Translations under genes and position numbers: made by a program
Source of the DNA: a bacterium
Lineage (GTDB): Bacteria; Eisenbacteria; RBG-16-71-46
Direction of reading: 5' to 3'
Length of the DNA stretch: 52,123 nucleotides
Assembly (NCBI GenBank): GCA_031360075.1
Contig: JANMAX010000316.1
Span: 1 to 52,123, forward strand
Notes under the pieces: model-generated
Told to the model about the DNA's origin: nothing
Databases searched by the model: none
Seen by the model: only the letters and a program-made list of their open reading frames with translations
In this document: in pieces, positions 21,570 to 31,779 of the stretch
How the letters are laid out: every line of letters begins with the position of its first letter
Position numbering within the stretch: position 1 is the first letter of the stretch

Positions 21570-23090
21570 TTACTTCGCGGAGCGGAACTGACGAGACGCC
21601 GAGAACACGCTCGAACCCGCTGTGTTCGAGGCGCTGACACGCCAGAAGTACGTCACGCGGCTCCCCAGCCCCGACAGCGAGATCGATGTGCTCGTGAGCG
21701 TGGCGTTGTCGAACACCAGCGCGCTGAACGTGCTGCTCGTGGAGACCTGCAGCCGGTAGTTGGTGGCACCCGCCACCGACGTCCAAGTCAGCACGGCGTT
21801 GGTGCGCGAAATATTCGTGGCGCCGTCGGCCGGTGACACGAGCGTCGGCACCGGCGGCACTCCCGGGGGCGGCGGCGGCGGGGCTGAGCCCTGGGTGGTG
21901 AACAACAGGCGGTTCGCCGTGCCGGACGGCACCGAACTGATCTTGTCCGGCGTCGAGGCCGCGACGAGCGCACTCGCCACCGTCGCGGGCGAAGCCGTCG
22001 GGTTGCCTTCGAGGTACAGCGCTGCCGCACCGCAAACGTGCGGGGCCGCCATCGACGTGCCCGAGATCGTGTTGGTCGCGACGTCGGACGTGAACCACGA
22101 CGACGTGATGTTCACGCCCGGCGCGATGATGTCGACGCCGGCACCGAAGTTCGAGAACGATGCGAAACCGTCGGTGATGTCCGATGCCGCCACCGTGATG
22201 GCTGCAGCGACACGCGCGGGCGACTGCGTCGAGGCGTCGGCGGCCGAGTTGCCCGCGGCGATGCAGTACGTGACGCCATCGTTGATCGAGTTGACCACGG
22301 CTGCGTCGAGCGTGGAGGAGGCGCCGCCGCCCAACGACATGTTGGCGACGGCCGGGTTGGTGGTGTGGTTGCCCGTGACCCAGTCGATGCCGGCGATGAC
22401 GCCAGCAGTAGTGCCCGAGCCCGAGGCGTCGAGCACGCGCACCGCGATCAGGCGGACGTTCTTCGCCACGCCGTAAGTGCTGCCGCCGACGGTGCCGGCG
22501 ACGTGGGTGCCGTGACCGTTCTGGTCGGCAGCGGTGCCGCCCGAAGTGACCGCGTCGAAGCCGGTGACCGCACGGCCGCCAAACTGCGAGTGCGTGAAGC
22601 GGATGCCCGTATCGATGATGTACGCATCGATACCCGTGCCGGTGGCCGTGTAAGTGTAGTCGCCCGACAGCGGCAGGCTGGTCTGGTCGATTCGGTCAAT
22701 GCCCCAGGTGGCGCCGGTCTGCGTGACGTTGGCGTGGACTTCCTGATTTTCCTCGATGTAGGCGACGCGCGGATCACCGCGCAACATGCGCACGGCGGAT
22801 GGGGTGAGCGTGGCCGCGAAACCGCGCACGGTGTTTCTGTAGCGGAAGCGGGCCAGGAAGCCGTGGCGGTTCGCGAGCTCGTTGGTCAGGGCATCCACAG
22901 CGGAAAGCGGGGCATCTTTGTACACGACGATGTACGACCCGGGAACGACCTTGCCCGCGGCGCTGACGACCGGCGCCAGCCCGTCGCCAGAAACGGGAGC
23001 CGTGAGTCCAGCGGGCTTCTTGGAGCACCCGGCGGCGAGCAGCGCGAGCGCCGCAACCGCCAACAGCACCTTCGAGACCAAACGCTTCAT
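21570..23090 (-). CDS. S8 subtilisin-like serine protease (aqualysin/proteinase K-like) lipoprotein with I9 propeptide and C-terminal Fn3-like domain
   Basis: Lipobox LAAGC; catalytic motifs DTG, HGTHVAG and GTSMAAP; poly-Pro linker; start at ATG 23090 after a GGAGG RBS. Confidence 0.93.
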   Translation of the reverse strand: MKRLVSKVLLAVAALALLAAGCSKKPAGLTAPVSGDGLAPVVSAAGKVVPGSYIVVYKDAPLSAVDALTNELANRHGFLARFRYRNTVRGFAATLTPSAVRMLRGDPRVAYIEENQEVHANVTQTGATWGIDRIDQTSLPLSGDYTYTATGTGIDAYIIDTGIRFTHSQFGGRAVTGFDAVTSGGTAADQNGHGTHVAGTVGGSTYGVAKNVRLIAVRVLDASGSGTTAGVIAGIDWVTGNHTTNPAVANMSLGGGASSTLDAAVVNSINDGVTYCIAAGNSAADASTQSPARVAAAITVAASDITDGFASFSNFGAGVDIIAPGVNITSSWFTSDVATNTISGTSMAAPHVCGAAALYLEGNPTASPATVASALVAASTPDKISSVPSGTANRLLFTTQGSAPPPPPPGVPPVPTLVSPADGATNISRTNAVLTWTSVAGATNYRLQVSTSSTFSALVFDNATLTSTSISLSGLGSRVTYFWRVSASNTAGSSVFSASRQFRSAK

Positions 23091-23540
23091 CTCATCCTCC
23101 TGCAGGAACGGGGGGACACGGGTGCCTCCAGCACTGGGCACGCCACTGTGAAACTTATTTACATCCGGCACGGACTGTCAATGAGAAGTTAATACTATTA
23201 CCGGAGAACGTCAGGCGTGGCCCCTGTTTTTCGGCGACCCATGGCCCCAAGGCGCTCGTTCGGCCGGTGGGGCTGGTGCCACTCGACGTTGGATCTCCGC
23301 AAGCGTCTGTGCGCACCACTTCGAGAACCAGTCCATGCGCGGACATGGTCCGCCGACTCGCTTCCTGATAACTCACTGATGGGCAATCCGTTGTGCGCCT
23401 CGAACTGCCCGTTCGCATGGGGCAGCCGGGAACTCGGGCACGCCGTGGACAGCGTTGCGCAGGCTCCCGGCCGGGCGCGTGGGACCTGCGGAGTCGGGCG
23501 ACCGCGTGGCGAGCGCCGTTGGGTGGCGGCGCCACCCGTG

Positions 23541-25049
23541 CTACTCGTCGTCCGGGAACAGCTCGCGGGCGCCGGTGCTCAGCGGATCGTAGCCCGCGAG
23601 CCGCCTCACGCGGTCGCGCACCCCGGGCAGGAGCCGCACTGCGCGGCCCGCCGCCAGCGCGGCGCGCAGGTCGGCCTCGAGCAGGTAGTCCGTGTACCAC
23701 GGGTGCGCGCGGTCCTGTGGCAGCCGGTCGGTCAGTTCGGCGCACAGCACGCCGGCGAACAGCAGCACGCCAGCGGGCATGGTGTCGCGCGCGGCGATGA
23801 CGCGCGACACCACCGCAGCGGCACGCAGGCGTTTGTCGTGGTCCTGCAACAGCGGTCCGCGCAATGGATCGAGCACCACGGTGTAGGCGCCGGCAGCACG
23901 CCCGATTGCATACGCCGAGCGAGTCGCAGGGGCGATGCCCTTCTTGGGCGGCACGACATCGACGCCCAGCACGAACGGCGACACGAGCATGGCGATGCAC
24001 GCCGCACGGAACCAGCTTCGCGGGCTCACAGCCGCGGCGAGCAGCAGGGTGAACGGCACCGCTGGCAGCAGGTAGCCCTCATCGAGCGGCAGCCGCAGGT
24101 AGAGCACGAGCTCGGTGGCGATCGCGGCGCCAGCGGCCAGCAGCACACGCGCGGGCGCCGAGTCGTAGGCGCGTGACGCGGCGGGGAGCGCGCCACCGGC
24201 GGCACGTGATCGCGGTGTTCGTGTGGCGAAGGCGCCCGCGAGGAGCGCCGCGACCAACACCAGCGTGCCCGGGATGCCCCACAGCAGGGCCGTGGCCTGG
24301 CCCACGATGAGCGCCGGCGGGAACGGCAGCCGGTCCAGGTGGAAGATCCCAGTGACGAAATCGAGCGGTGAGTTGCCGGTGCCGAGCGGGTCGACGAAGC
24401 GCATGAAGCCCCAGCCATAGCGGCCGTACGCGGGCAGGTAGCACAGCGCGCCCAGTGCGATCGCGATGCCGGCAAGGAACACCGCGGCGCGGGGAGAGCC
24501 GCGCTCCGGCCGCGGCGGCGGGAGCAGCAGGATCGCGGGTAGCAGGGCGGCCGAGGTGAGGCGGGTGCCGATCGCGAGCCCGAGCCACAGCCCCGCGAGT
24601 GCGCTGCGACCACTGACGCGGGCATGTGCGGCCGCGAGCACGAACGCCACGGCGAACAGGTAGTCCATGGCTGACACGCTCGCCACGTAGGCCGCCGGCA
24701 CGCACACCAGCGCAGCCGCGGCGAGCACGACGTCGCGCGCGCCCAGCCGGCGCAGCAGCCGCGCGAACACGAATGCGCAGGCGGCGGCGGCGAGCGCGCT
24801 CAGTAGGTTCATGGCCGGCGGCCCGCCGCCGGCGCGCGCGACGCACGAGGCGAGCCATTCCTGGATGGGGTAGCCCGGGAATCTCGACGTCGTGTAGCGG
24901 CCGGTGGCCGCCATCTCACGCGCGGCGTTCACCAGGAACCAGCCGTCGTTGTCGTTGCCTGCGCCGGGGCCGAGGAACGGCAGCCGGGACAATAGCACCG
25001 CGACAGCGAGCCAAGCGTCCGTCGTCAGTGAACGGGAGAGGGTCCGCAT
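23541..25049 (-). CDS. polytopic membrane protein, GT-C/ArnT-like glycosyltransferase candidate
   Basis: Many TM helices; acidic motif NDND after the first TM; SRFPGYP loop. Confidence 0.6.
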   Translation of the reverse strand: MRTLSRSLTTDAWLAVAVLLSRLPFLGPGAGNDNDGWFLVNAAREMAATGRYTTSRFPGYPIQEWLASCVARAGGGPPAMNLLSALAAAACAFVFARLLRRLGARDVVLAAAALVCVPAAYVASVSAMDYLFAVAFVLAAAHARVSGRSALAGLWLGLAIGTRLTSAALLPAILLLPPPRPERGSPRAAVFLAGIAIALGALCYLPAYGRYGWGFMRFVDPLGTGNSPLDFVTGIFHLDRLPFPPALIVGQATALLWGIPGTLVLVAALLAGAFATRTPRSRAAGGALPAASRAYDSAPARVLLAAGAAIATELVLYLRLPLDEGYLLPAVPFTLLLAAAVSPRSWFRAACIAMLVSPFVLGVDVVPPKKGIAPATRSAYAIGRAAGAYTVVLDPLRGPLLQDHDKRLRAAAVVSRVIAARDTMPAGVLLFAGVLCAELTDRLPQDRAHPWYTDYLLEADLRAALAAGRAVRLLPGVRDRVRRLAGYDPLSTGARELFPDDE

Positions 25050-25203
25050 GAGTCCCGCACTCTACACCGTGAGGCATGGGGCGGGTGGGCCGGTGGTGCC
25101 GCTGCTGCGGTGCGTGATTCCCTGAACCCGGCTAGGATGCCGGCGGCCGGGTCCCTGCCCGGTCCCCGCGTCGCGCCCTACCTTCTTCCACAGAGGACCC
25201 GCC

Positions 25204-26511
25204 TTGCGCACGCCCACGGATCTCGGACTCGCCGCCGCGCCCATCACGGATCGTTCGCTGTCGCGACTCGCCCAGGGACTGGTCGGTTCCGAGGTGCTGC
25301 GCATCGCCGGCGAAGTGCGCGCCGCCATCGCGGGCGGGCGCGACATCTGCAACCTCACCGTGGGCGACTTCGATCCCAAGGAGTTCCCGCTCCCGAAGAA
25401 GCTGGCCGATGGCGTGAAGGCCGCGCTCGACGCCGGGCACTCGAACTATCCGCCGTCCAACGGCATGCCCGAGCTGCGCAAGGCGGTGGTCGCGTTCTAC
25501 CAGCGCGAGATGCAGCTGGACTACCCGGTCGAGTCGGTGATCATCGCCAGCGGTGCACGGCCGTTGATCTATGCCACCTACAAGACGCTGGTGGATGCCG
25601 GCGATGTCGTGGCGTTCCCGGTGCCGTCGTGGAACAACAACCACTACATCTACATGACCGGCGCGCGTGGTGTGCCCCTCGAGGTGAAGCGCGCGAACCA
25701 GTTCCACCCGACGCCTGAACAGGTCGCCGCCGTGCTGTCCGAGGCGAGGTTGCTGGCGCTGAGCTCGCCGCTGAACCCCACCGGCACCGGCATGAAGCCC
25801 GAGGCCCTCGCCGCCATCAGCCGCATGGTGGTCGACGAGAACAGGCGTCGCGAGGGCACCGGCCAGCGCCCGCTGTTCATCATGTACGACATGGTGTACT
25901 GGGCCACGACGTTCGACACCGGACTGCCGCTGACGCCGCCGTCGCTCGTGCCCGAGGTGGCGCCCTATACGGTGCTCGTCGATGCGATCAGCAAGTCGCT
26001 CGCGGCGACCGGGCTGCGAGTGGGCTGGGGGCTCGCGCACCCGGCCGTCACGCAGCGCATGAGCGACCTGATCGGGCATGTTGGCGCGTGGGCGCCCAAG
26101 CCGGAGCAGGTGGCGAGCGCGGCGTTCATCACGGATGCCGCGGCGTTCCACGAGTTCCGCGGCCAGATGGCGGAGCGGCTTGGCATGCGGCTGCGTGCGC
26201 TGCACGAGGGCTTCGCACGCATGCGCGCCAAGGGCATCGATGTCGAATCGGTGGAGCCGGAAGGTACGCTCTACCTGTCGGTGCGCTTCCCGCTCGGCAT
26301 TACCGTGCGCGGGCGGCAGCTCAAGACCAACGAGGACATCCGCAAACTGCTGCTCGATGAGGCCGGCATCGCCGTGGTGCCGTTCCAGGCATTCGCACTG
26401 CCGCATGAGGACGGCTGGTTCCGCATGTCGGTGGGCGCGGTGTCGATGAAGGCGATCGAGCAGGGTCTGGCGCGCATGGAGCAGGTGCTGGGCGAGGCCG
26501 CCGCGAGCTGA
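25204..26511 (+). CDS. PLP-dependent class I/II aminotransferase (aspartate aminotransferase-like)
   Basis: NLTVGDFD, YPPSNGMPELR, NPTG, DMVY and SKSLAATGLRVGW (PLP-binding Lys) motifs. Confidence 0.92.
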   Translation: MRTPTDLGLAAAPITDRSLSRLAQGLVGSEVLRIAGEVRAAIAGGRDICNLTVGDFDPKEFPLPKKLADGVKAALDAGHSNYPPSNGMPELRKAVVAFYQREMQLDYPVESVIIASGARPLIYATYKTLVDAGDVVAFPVPSWNNNHYIYMTGARGVPLEVKRANQFHPTPEQVAAVLSEARLLALSSPLNPTGTGMKPEALAAISRMVVDENRRREGTGQRPLFIMYDMVYWATTFDTGLPLTPPSLVPEVAPYTVLVDAISKSLAATGLRVGWGLAHPAVTQRMSDLIGHVGAWAPKPEQVASAAFITDAAAFHEFRGQMAERLGMRLRALHEGFARMRAKGIDVESVEPEGTLYLSVRFPLGITVRGRQLKTNEDIRKLLLDEAGIAVVPFQAFALPHEDGWFRMSVGAVSMKAIEQGLARMEQVLGEAAAS

Positions 26512-26594
26512 GCGCGGCAATCGTGCGGTCGCGCCGCGCGCGGTGCGCTCCGGTGCGACAGAGCCCACGCGGCTGTCGTGAGCGCGCCGGCCGT

Positions 26595-26996
26595 TCAGTG
26601 CGCCAGCAGTTCCGCCGGCAGCATCACGCCGATGGAACGACGGCAGGCATCGCAGCGGAACTCGAGCCGCGCGCTTGCGGCACTGCGCAGAAGTTGTTCC
26701 TGTGCCACGCCACATCCCGGGCAGATGCCGCGCACGTCGATGACGCTGACGCGTTCGCGCAGCCGTTGCAGTGCGAGCCAGGGCCCGCCCAGCAGCAGCA
26801 ACGGCACGAGCACGAAGTGCAGCACGGGCAGGAACACCGCGGCGACGGCGAGACCCCAGGCCGCGAGCCACGTGCGCACAGCGCGGCGGGTGCGAGCACC
26901 CGCGTCATGCACGACGATGCGCAACATGGCCGGCTGCTCCGGCTTGCCGAGCCAGACCAGCGTGGCTGGATGTTCCAGCCATGGCAGAGCACTCAT
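26595..26996 (-). CDS. hypothetical membrane protein with C-terminal Zn ribbon
   Basis: Two TM segments, then CPGC...CDAC. Confidence 0.65.
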   Translation of the reverse strand: MSALPWLEHPATLVWLGKPEQPAMLRIVVHDAGARTRRAVRTWLAAWGLAVAAVFLPVLHFVLVPLLLLGGPWLALQRLRERVSVIDVRGICPGCGVAQEQLLRSAASARLEFRCDACRRSIGVMLPAELLAH

Positions 26997-27075
26997 GGGC
27001 GACGGACTCGCAATCGTAAGGTGCGCACATGCAGCGTGCCGCACCCGGACAGGTGGTGGAGCGTGAACTTACACC

Positions 27076-27714
27076 GTGCGGGACTTCGCGGCCAGACTTC
27101 AGGCCGGTGGGACGTTCGTGCGGGCGAGCCATCCTCGACTGGCCGGGCAGGTTCAGCCGCCCAACGGACGGCGACCACAGGGCCGCCTGCGAACAGCTGG
27201 TGCTCGCGCCGGAGGCGGGCTTCCGAACGCCGTCGTGGTCTTGGCTGGTGCCACCGCCACATTCGGGCTGGGCGCGTCGACCTACGACGCCAACGGAATC
27301 GGCCCGCGAGCCTACGCGGCGTATCCGCTTCGGAACGGCCAATCGGCGACGTTCAACGTCCATGTCGTGCAGGGGGCAACTGCCATCGTGCGAATCGACA
27401 CCCTTGCAACCACCGGAGTCAGTGACGTGTCTATCGCCTACCACACAGGATTGCTTGTGCGGCCCAACCCGAGCCGCGGCAAGGTGGAGTTGGTCGCGGA
27501 GATGGCCGAAACAGGTCGTTTGAAGATCGAGGCGTACGACGTGGCTGGAAGGCTTATTGCACAGCCATGCAACGGTCCGGTCGCTGTGGGTCAACAAGTC
27601 GTCCAGTGAGACGCTTACAACGGAGGGAGCATGAACGCTCGAGCTGGGCTCGATTTTGTTCGAATGAAGACCGGGCATCAGGTCTTCACCCGTCGACTGA
27701 TGATGACCAGATGA
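27076..27714 (+). pseudogene. truncated, degraded paralog of the C-terminus of the 43003-46068 protein
   Basis: FGLGASTYDANG...VHVVQGA..VRIDTL...RPNPSRGKVELVA matches the 3' end of 43003-46068. TGA at 27607-27609 sits where the paralog has Trp, and the frame continues to VFTRRLMMTR-stop at 27714. Confidence 0.85.
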
Positions 27715-28265
27715 ATGCACTGCAGCCCACACGTCGCAACTGCGCTCGCTTCGTCCCGGTAGCAGCGCTAGGCCTCATGCTGTCGCTCCCGTGCGTGGCC
27801 CATGCAGCTACTGTCGGGCACCTGATTCTATACGTGCGGGGAAACGTGAGCGACATTGCCCTGGTTGATCCGCTCGGAAGGACCGATCGGGACGACGACG
27901 AAGTTTCGAAGGAAGGCATTCCGGGCTGCTCGCGGTGGCCTGGCGGGATAAAGACGGGCGAGGAGGACTCGCCGAGCGCCGACTCTTCAGCAAATGTGCT
28001 CATGATGTTTGAGCTGAGCAGCGTCCAGTACGGTCGATACGTCGTATGCGTTCGAGCCGATAGCGTGGTGGAGGTGACGGTCTCGGCCACATTTGAGCCC
28101 GAGCCTCAGAGCACATCCGGCTGCATCGATCTAGCCAGGACTTATACGGTCGGCCCGGGGCGTCATGGTTGGGCAATTCATGTGCGACGCGCTCCTCCCA
28201 AGGGCGAATGCGCCGTCCGCATCGCCCCCCTCGTCAAGAAGAAACGGGCCGCGAAATCTCGATAG
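27711..28265 (+). CDS. secreted hypothetical protein, paralog of 46065-46613
   Basis: Signal peptide; GHLILYVRGNVSDIALVDP.GR...IPGC.RWPGG...FELS.V.YGRY is shared with 46065-46613; same ATGA overlap with the upstream gene. Confidence 0.8.
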   Translation: MNALQPTRRNCARFVPVAALGLMLSLPCVAHAATVGHLILYVRGNVSDIALVDPLGRTDRDDDEVSKEGIPGCSRWPGGIKTGEEDSPSADSSANVLMMFELSSVQYGRYVVCVRADSVVEVTVSATFEPEPQSTSGCIDLARTYTVGPGRHGWAIHVRRAPPKGECAVRIAPLVKKKRAAKSR

Positions 28266-28351
28266 GATGTCCAATCCGACGAGTCTGCTTTGATAACGTG
28301 CCTCGTGAGCTTCTGATGGTGGTTTGCCAGATTGCCGAGTGTCAATACGCG

Positions 28352-28825
28352 TCACCCCTCGCGACTGTGCCTCGCCTCGTACGCCCGGTACTGCAGCGCC
28401 TCCGCCAGCCTTAGCGCACCCACACGCGGCTCGCCCGCGAGGTCCGCGATGGTGCGCGCCACGCGCATCGCGCGGTGCACGGCGCGCGCACTCATGCCGC
28501 CGCGGTCCACGGCGTCGGCGACCAGTTGGCGGCCGGGCGCGTCCAGCGCACAGTGCTCGCGCAACAGTGGCGCGGGCATCTGCGCATTCAGCCAGCTGCG
28601 CTGCAACTGCACGGCGCGCGCGGCGAGCACACGCGTGCGCACGGCGTCCGACGGCTCGCCGGGGGCGGCGGCCATGAGTTCGTCCGACGTGAGCGGCGTC
28701 ACCTCGATCTGCAGGTCCAGACGATCGAGGATCGGCCCGCTCACCCGTGCCGTGTAGCGCATCAGGTCGCGCGGCCCGCAGCGGCAGCCGCGTTTGGGAT
28801 GTCCGAGCCAGCCGCACGGGCAGCG
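28352..28825 (-). repeat. displaced comM 3' end, copy 1 (474 bp, open frame, no native start)
   Basis: Encodes CPCGWLGHPKRGCRCG...ALQYRAYEARHSREG; the last 136 aa differ from intact ComM at 3 positions. Confidence 0.95.
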
Positions 28826-28830
28826 TTGCG

Positions 28831-29262
28831 TTGCCTTTTACCAGCTTGCGGCTCAACGTCGCCAAACCGCGCGTGTTCCCAAGGGGTTACCCGCAGAATC
28901 CAACGACGCTCGGCGAATACGTCCGACGCCGAAGACTCGATCTCGGGCTCCCGCAACGAATCCTCGCCGAGCGCTGGCGGGTCACCCGCGAGACGGTCGC
29001 CGGATGGGAACTGGGGCGCTGTCAGCCCGCTATCCGGCACTGGCCGCTCGTCCTCGCGTTCCTGGGGGACGACCCCACGCCGACCGGATTCGTCCTTGCC
29101 GACCGCATCCTTGCCCACCGTCGGAGGTTCGGATTGAAGCAAACCGAGCTGGCCGCCCAGCTCGGGATCGATGCTGGAACGGTCCTCGACCTTGAGTCCG
29201 GGCGGAGAACGCCGAGCGCCCGCGTGAGCGCAGTCGTCGAACGGCTGCTCAGGCGCCGGTAG
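28831..29262 (+). CDS. tandem XRE-family helix-turn-helix protein (unit 1)
   Basis: TLGEYVRRRRLDLGLPQRILAERWRVTRETVAGWELG plus a second HTH (GLKQTELAAQLGIDAGTVLDLESG); TTG start inferred from the paralogs. Confidence 0.85.
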   Translation: MPFTSLRLNVAKPRVFPRGYPQNPTTLGEYVRRRRLDLGLPQRILAERWRVTRETVAGWELGRCQPAIRHWPLVLAFLGDDPTPTGFVLADRILAHRRRFGLKQTELAAQLGIDAGTVLDLESGRRTPSARVSAVVERLLRRR

Positions 29263-29299
29263 TCAACACCGCGGCTACCAATGGACCATGCCGGCGAAC

Positions 29300-29395
29300 G
29301 AGATTGGACTTGCGCCAGGGGGGGGGGGGCACATGCCTACTCTCCACGTGCGCGACCCCCTGTCGTGTCCATCACGCAAGCGCGTCCTCGTGAAG
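29300..29395 (+). promoter_or_regulatory. conserved cassette promoter/operator box with G12 tract (unit 1)
   Basis: GAGATTGGACTTGCGCCA-G12-CACATGCC-TACTCT; homologous boxes at 35286 and 42838. Confidence 0.6.
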
Positions 29396-29631
29396 GCATT
29401 CCCGAGGCGCGCGATCTGATTTCATTGAACTCTCGCGGATGTAGAAACCTGGAGTGGCCGCGGCATGCCAATCGCCGTGCACACGCCTCGGTGCTTGGCG
29501 TAACCCTCCGCGGAAGTTCGGTGAGCGCGATGAGCGAAGCGACGCTTGCTGGTTTGGGCCGATGGGCCGCCACACCTCCACCGCAGGCTCCGATGTCGTT
29601 GAACCAGTATCTCGATTGGGGGGATGCACGC

Positions 29632-31761
29632 ATGATCTCACCGGCGCGTCTCAACTCGCATCGTGTTGCCTTGGCAGCTCTCATGCTCCTGTTGCAACTG
29701 GCAGCTCCGCGACAATCGTCGGCCCTCCAACTGCGATGGAGCGGCGGGTCCGCGGCGCTGGACTTCAGCACCAACACGCGAGTGGTGCTCAGGGTCCAGG
29801 CGGATTCCAGCGAGGGAGTACTCCCTGTGTGGTGGAAGCTCATTGGCGTTTCGGATTCCTCGGGCATTCACATCGTCGCACCCGACTCGCTGACGGCCTG
29901 CCAGGTCGACACGGCCAAGGTCTCCTCTGTCGACCCGCCGTCCACGCCGGCGGACAGCGCCGCGAACCAGACGACGGCGCACCTCTGTTCGTCCGAGAGC
30001 ATCCGCGCCACCGTTGCGTTCTACACTATCGACCTCCTTGCAGGGAGCAAGGGGAGGCTCAAGGTCGTGGCCCTGTCCCCGGCCGATCCAGATTCCGTCA
30101 TCGAGTCGAATGAGGTCGTGTACAATGGTGGGGTCGAAGGCAATTTCCCTCCCGCGCTTCTCCGAACGACCAGCAACCACGCAACCGCATCCCTCGAGGT
30201 CACGGCGGTCGGTGCCGGTCTGGCCGACGTCGATTCGGTGACGGTCGGGGCCGCGGATGGACTCTGGAGTGTTCCGTTGGTCGTCCAATCGAAAAGTCCG
30301 AAGCGACTCACCGCGAGCGCTGATGTGCCCGCCAAGCTGCCCAGCGCGGTGGTCAAGGTGGTGAGTCCCTCTGGGATCAGTGTGGAGGATCTGCCGGCCG
30401 ACAACTCGAGCGCGCTCGTCGTTGTCAGCGCGACGTCCGACACCATCCTGTACCGGGACCCGGATCCAGGCGTCTATTGCCACGATTTCGCGTTCTACTA
30501 CAACGCGGTCCCCGACCCGACGAACCCGGCCCATCCTTGGAAGGGCGCGTTCCACCTGTTCTACATCCGGGTCAAGATCGCCAATTCTGCAGACAGCATC
30601 ATCGCCCACGCCTGGTGCGACACGCTCGGCGCACCTTGGAAGGTGGATTTGAACGCCTTCCGCCCAAGTGGCCAGGGCTGGGACGCCGCAAAGGTCTGGG
30701 CGCCGTCGATCCAGCAGATCGGCAACCTGACGTATATGTTCTATACGGGTGTGGATGCGCTGGGGAACCAGAGCATCGGCTACGCCACCACGCCGATGCT
30801 CGGCACCACCAACATCAGTTGGACGCGCAGGACAACGCCGATCTACACGGCGGCCAACGCGGGCTGGGCGGACAAGGTCGGCCACGAAGTCTCGGGAAGA
30901 ACCAGCTTTCGCGATGCCTTCGTCATGCCGGACCCCGACGAGGTGAAATACCCGGGTCGCTACCTCTTGTTCAATGCGGGCGAGGACGGCGTCCTGTTCC
31001 CCCACTACGCGATCGGTGTCGCCAGGAATCGAGCTGGCACGCTGAATCAGTGGGATGATGGTGGCAAGTTCTTCGCGACCGACCATACCCACATGCCATT
31101 CATCACTGGAGCGCTCGAATCGCCACTGATGGTAAGGGACTCGCTCACGGGGGCGTGGCGTATGTTCGTCGCGAACGCGAACTACGATAATTTGGGCCGC
31201 AAGTCGACGTACTTCTTGACCCAAGTGCCCGGGGACAGCGTCACAGACATCGCCGCCTCTGCCTGGCCTGGGCTCGATTCGCTCTACTACTACACCGGCA
31301 ATGATGCGAGCGTGATCGGATGGCAGGCAGCCGAGCATCTCCAGATCGGTCCGGTCCACTTCTTTGCCTCCTACGTCGGACCGACGGGCATCGGCATCAC
31401 TCGGATGCACTGGGATCCGGTGGCGCAGCGGTTCTTCTTCGTGCATCCCACGAATGCAAGTGTGGGCGATCAGCCCGACGGAGGAGACCTACGCTTCTAT
31501 CTAACTGAGTTTCGTCCGCGGGCCGACCTCGTGCGCTTCGTCCTCGAGTCCGCAAACGCGATAATCCCGAAGCTCATGATCTACGATCTCCTGGGACGGC
31601 GAGTCCGCAACCTCAGTGACGGTCGCGCCACGCAGGGGCGCCATGAGTTCGCGTGGGACTGCCGCAAGGACGATGGCGAGCGCGTCTCGGCGGGCATGTA
31701 CTTCGCTCGGCTGACGGGTTCGAACCGGGCCATGGTGGTTCGTGTTCCGATCCTCCGATAG
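29632..31761 (+). CDS. secreted protein with GH32/GH43-like five-bladed beta-propeller and C-terminal FlgD-Ig/T9SS-CTD-like domain
   Basis: Signal peptide; HDFAF, HLFYI, WAPSI, YMFYTG, FRDAFV and LESP clan GH-J/F-like motifs; C-terminal IYDLLGRRVR...WDCRKDDGERVSAGMYFARL. Confidence 0.7.
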   Translation: MISPARLNSHRVALAALMLLLQLAAPRQSSALQLRWSGGSAALDFSTNTRVVLRVQADSSEGVLPVWWKLIGVSDSSGIHIVAPDSLTACQVDTAKVSSVDPPSTPADSAANQTTAHLCSSESIRATVAFYTIDLLAGSKGRLKVVALSPADPDSVIESNEVVYNGGVEGNFPPALLRTTSNHATASLEVTAVGAGLADVDSVTVGAADGLWSVPLVVQSKSPKRLTASADVPAKLPSAVVKVVSPSGISVEDLPADNSSALVVVSATSDTILYRDPDPGVYCHDFAFYYNAVPDPTNPAHPWKGAFHLFYIRVKIANSADSIIAHAWCDTLGAPWKVDLNAFRPSGQGWDAAKVWAPSIQQIGNLTYMFYTGVDALGNQSIGYATTPMLGTTNISWTRRTTPIYTAANAGWADKVGHEVSGRTSFRDAFVMPDPDEVKYPGRYLLFNAGEDGVLFPHYAIGVARNRAGTLNQWDDGGKFFATDHTHMPFITGALESPLMVRDSLTGAWRMFVANANYDNLGRKSTYFLTQVPGDSVTDIAASAWPGLDSLYYYTGNDASVIGWQAAEHLQIGPVHFFASYVGPTGIGITRMHWDPVAQRFFFVHPTNASVGDQPDGGDLRFYLTEFRPRADLVRFVLESANAIIPKLMIYDLLGRRVRNLSDGRATQGRHEFAWDCRKDDGERVSAGMYFARLTGSNRAMVVRVPILR

Positions 31762-31779
31762 GCACGCGATGCACGTGGA

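Noticed and set aside
27607-27609. TGA read-through as Trp or selenocysteine (alternative genetic code)
   Set aside because: TGA is the normal stop of many genes here, and the ORF is also 5'-truncated, so pseudogenisation is simpler.
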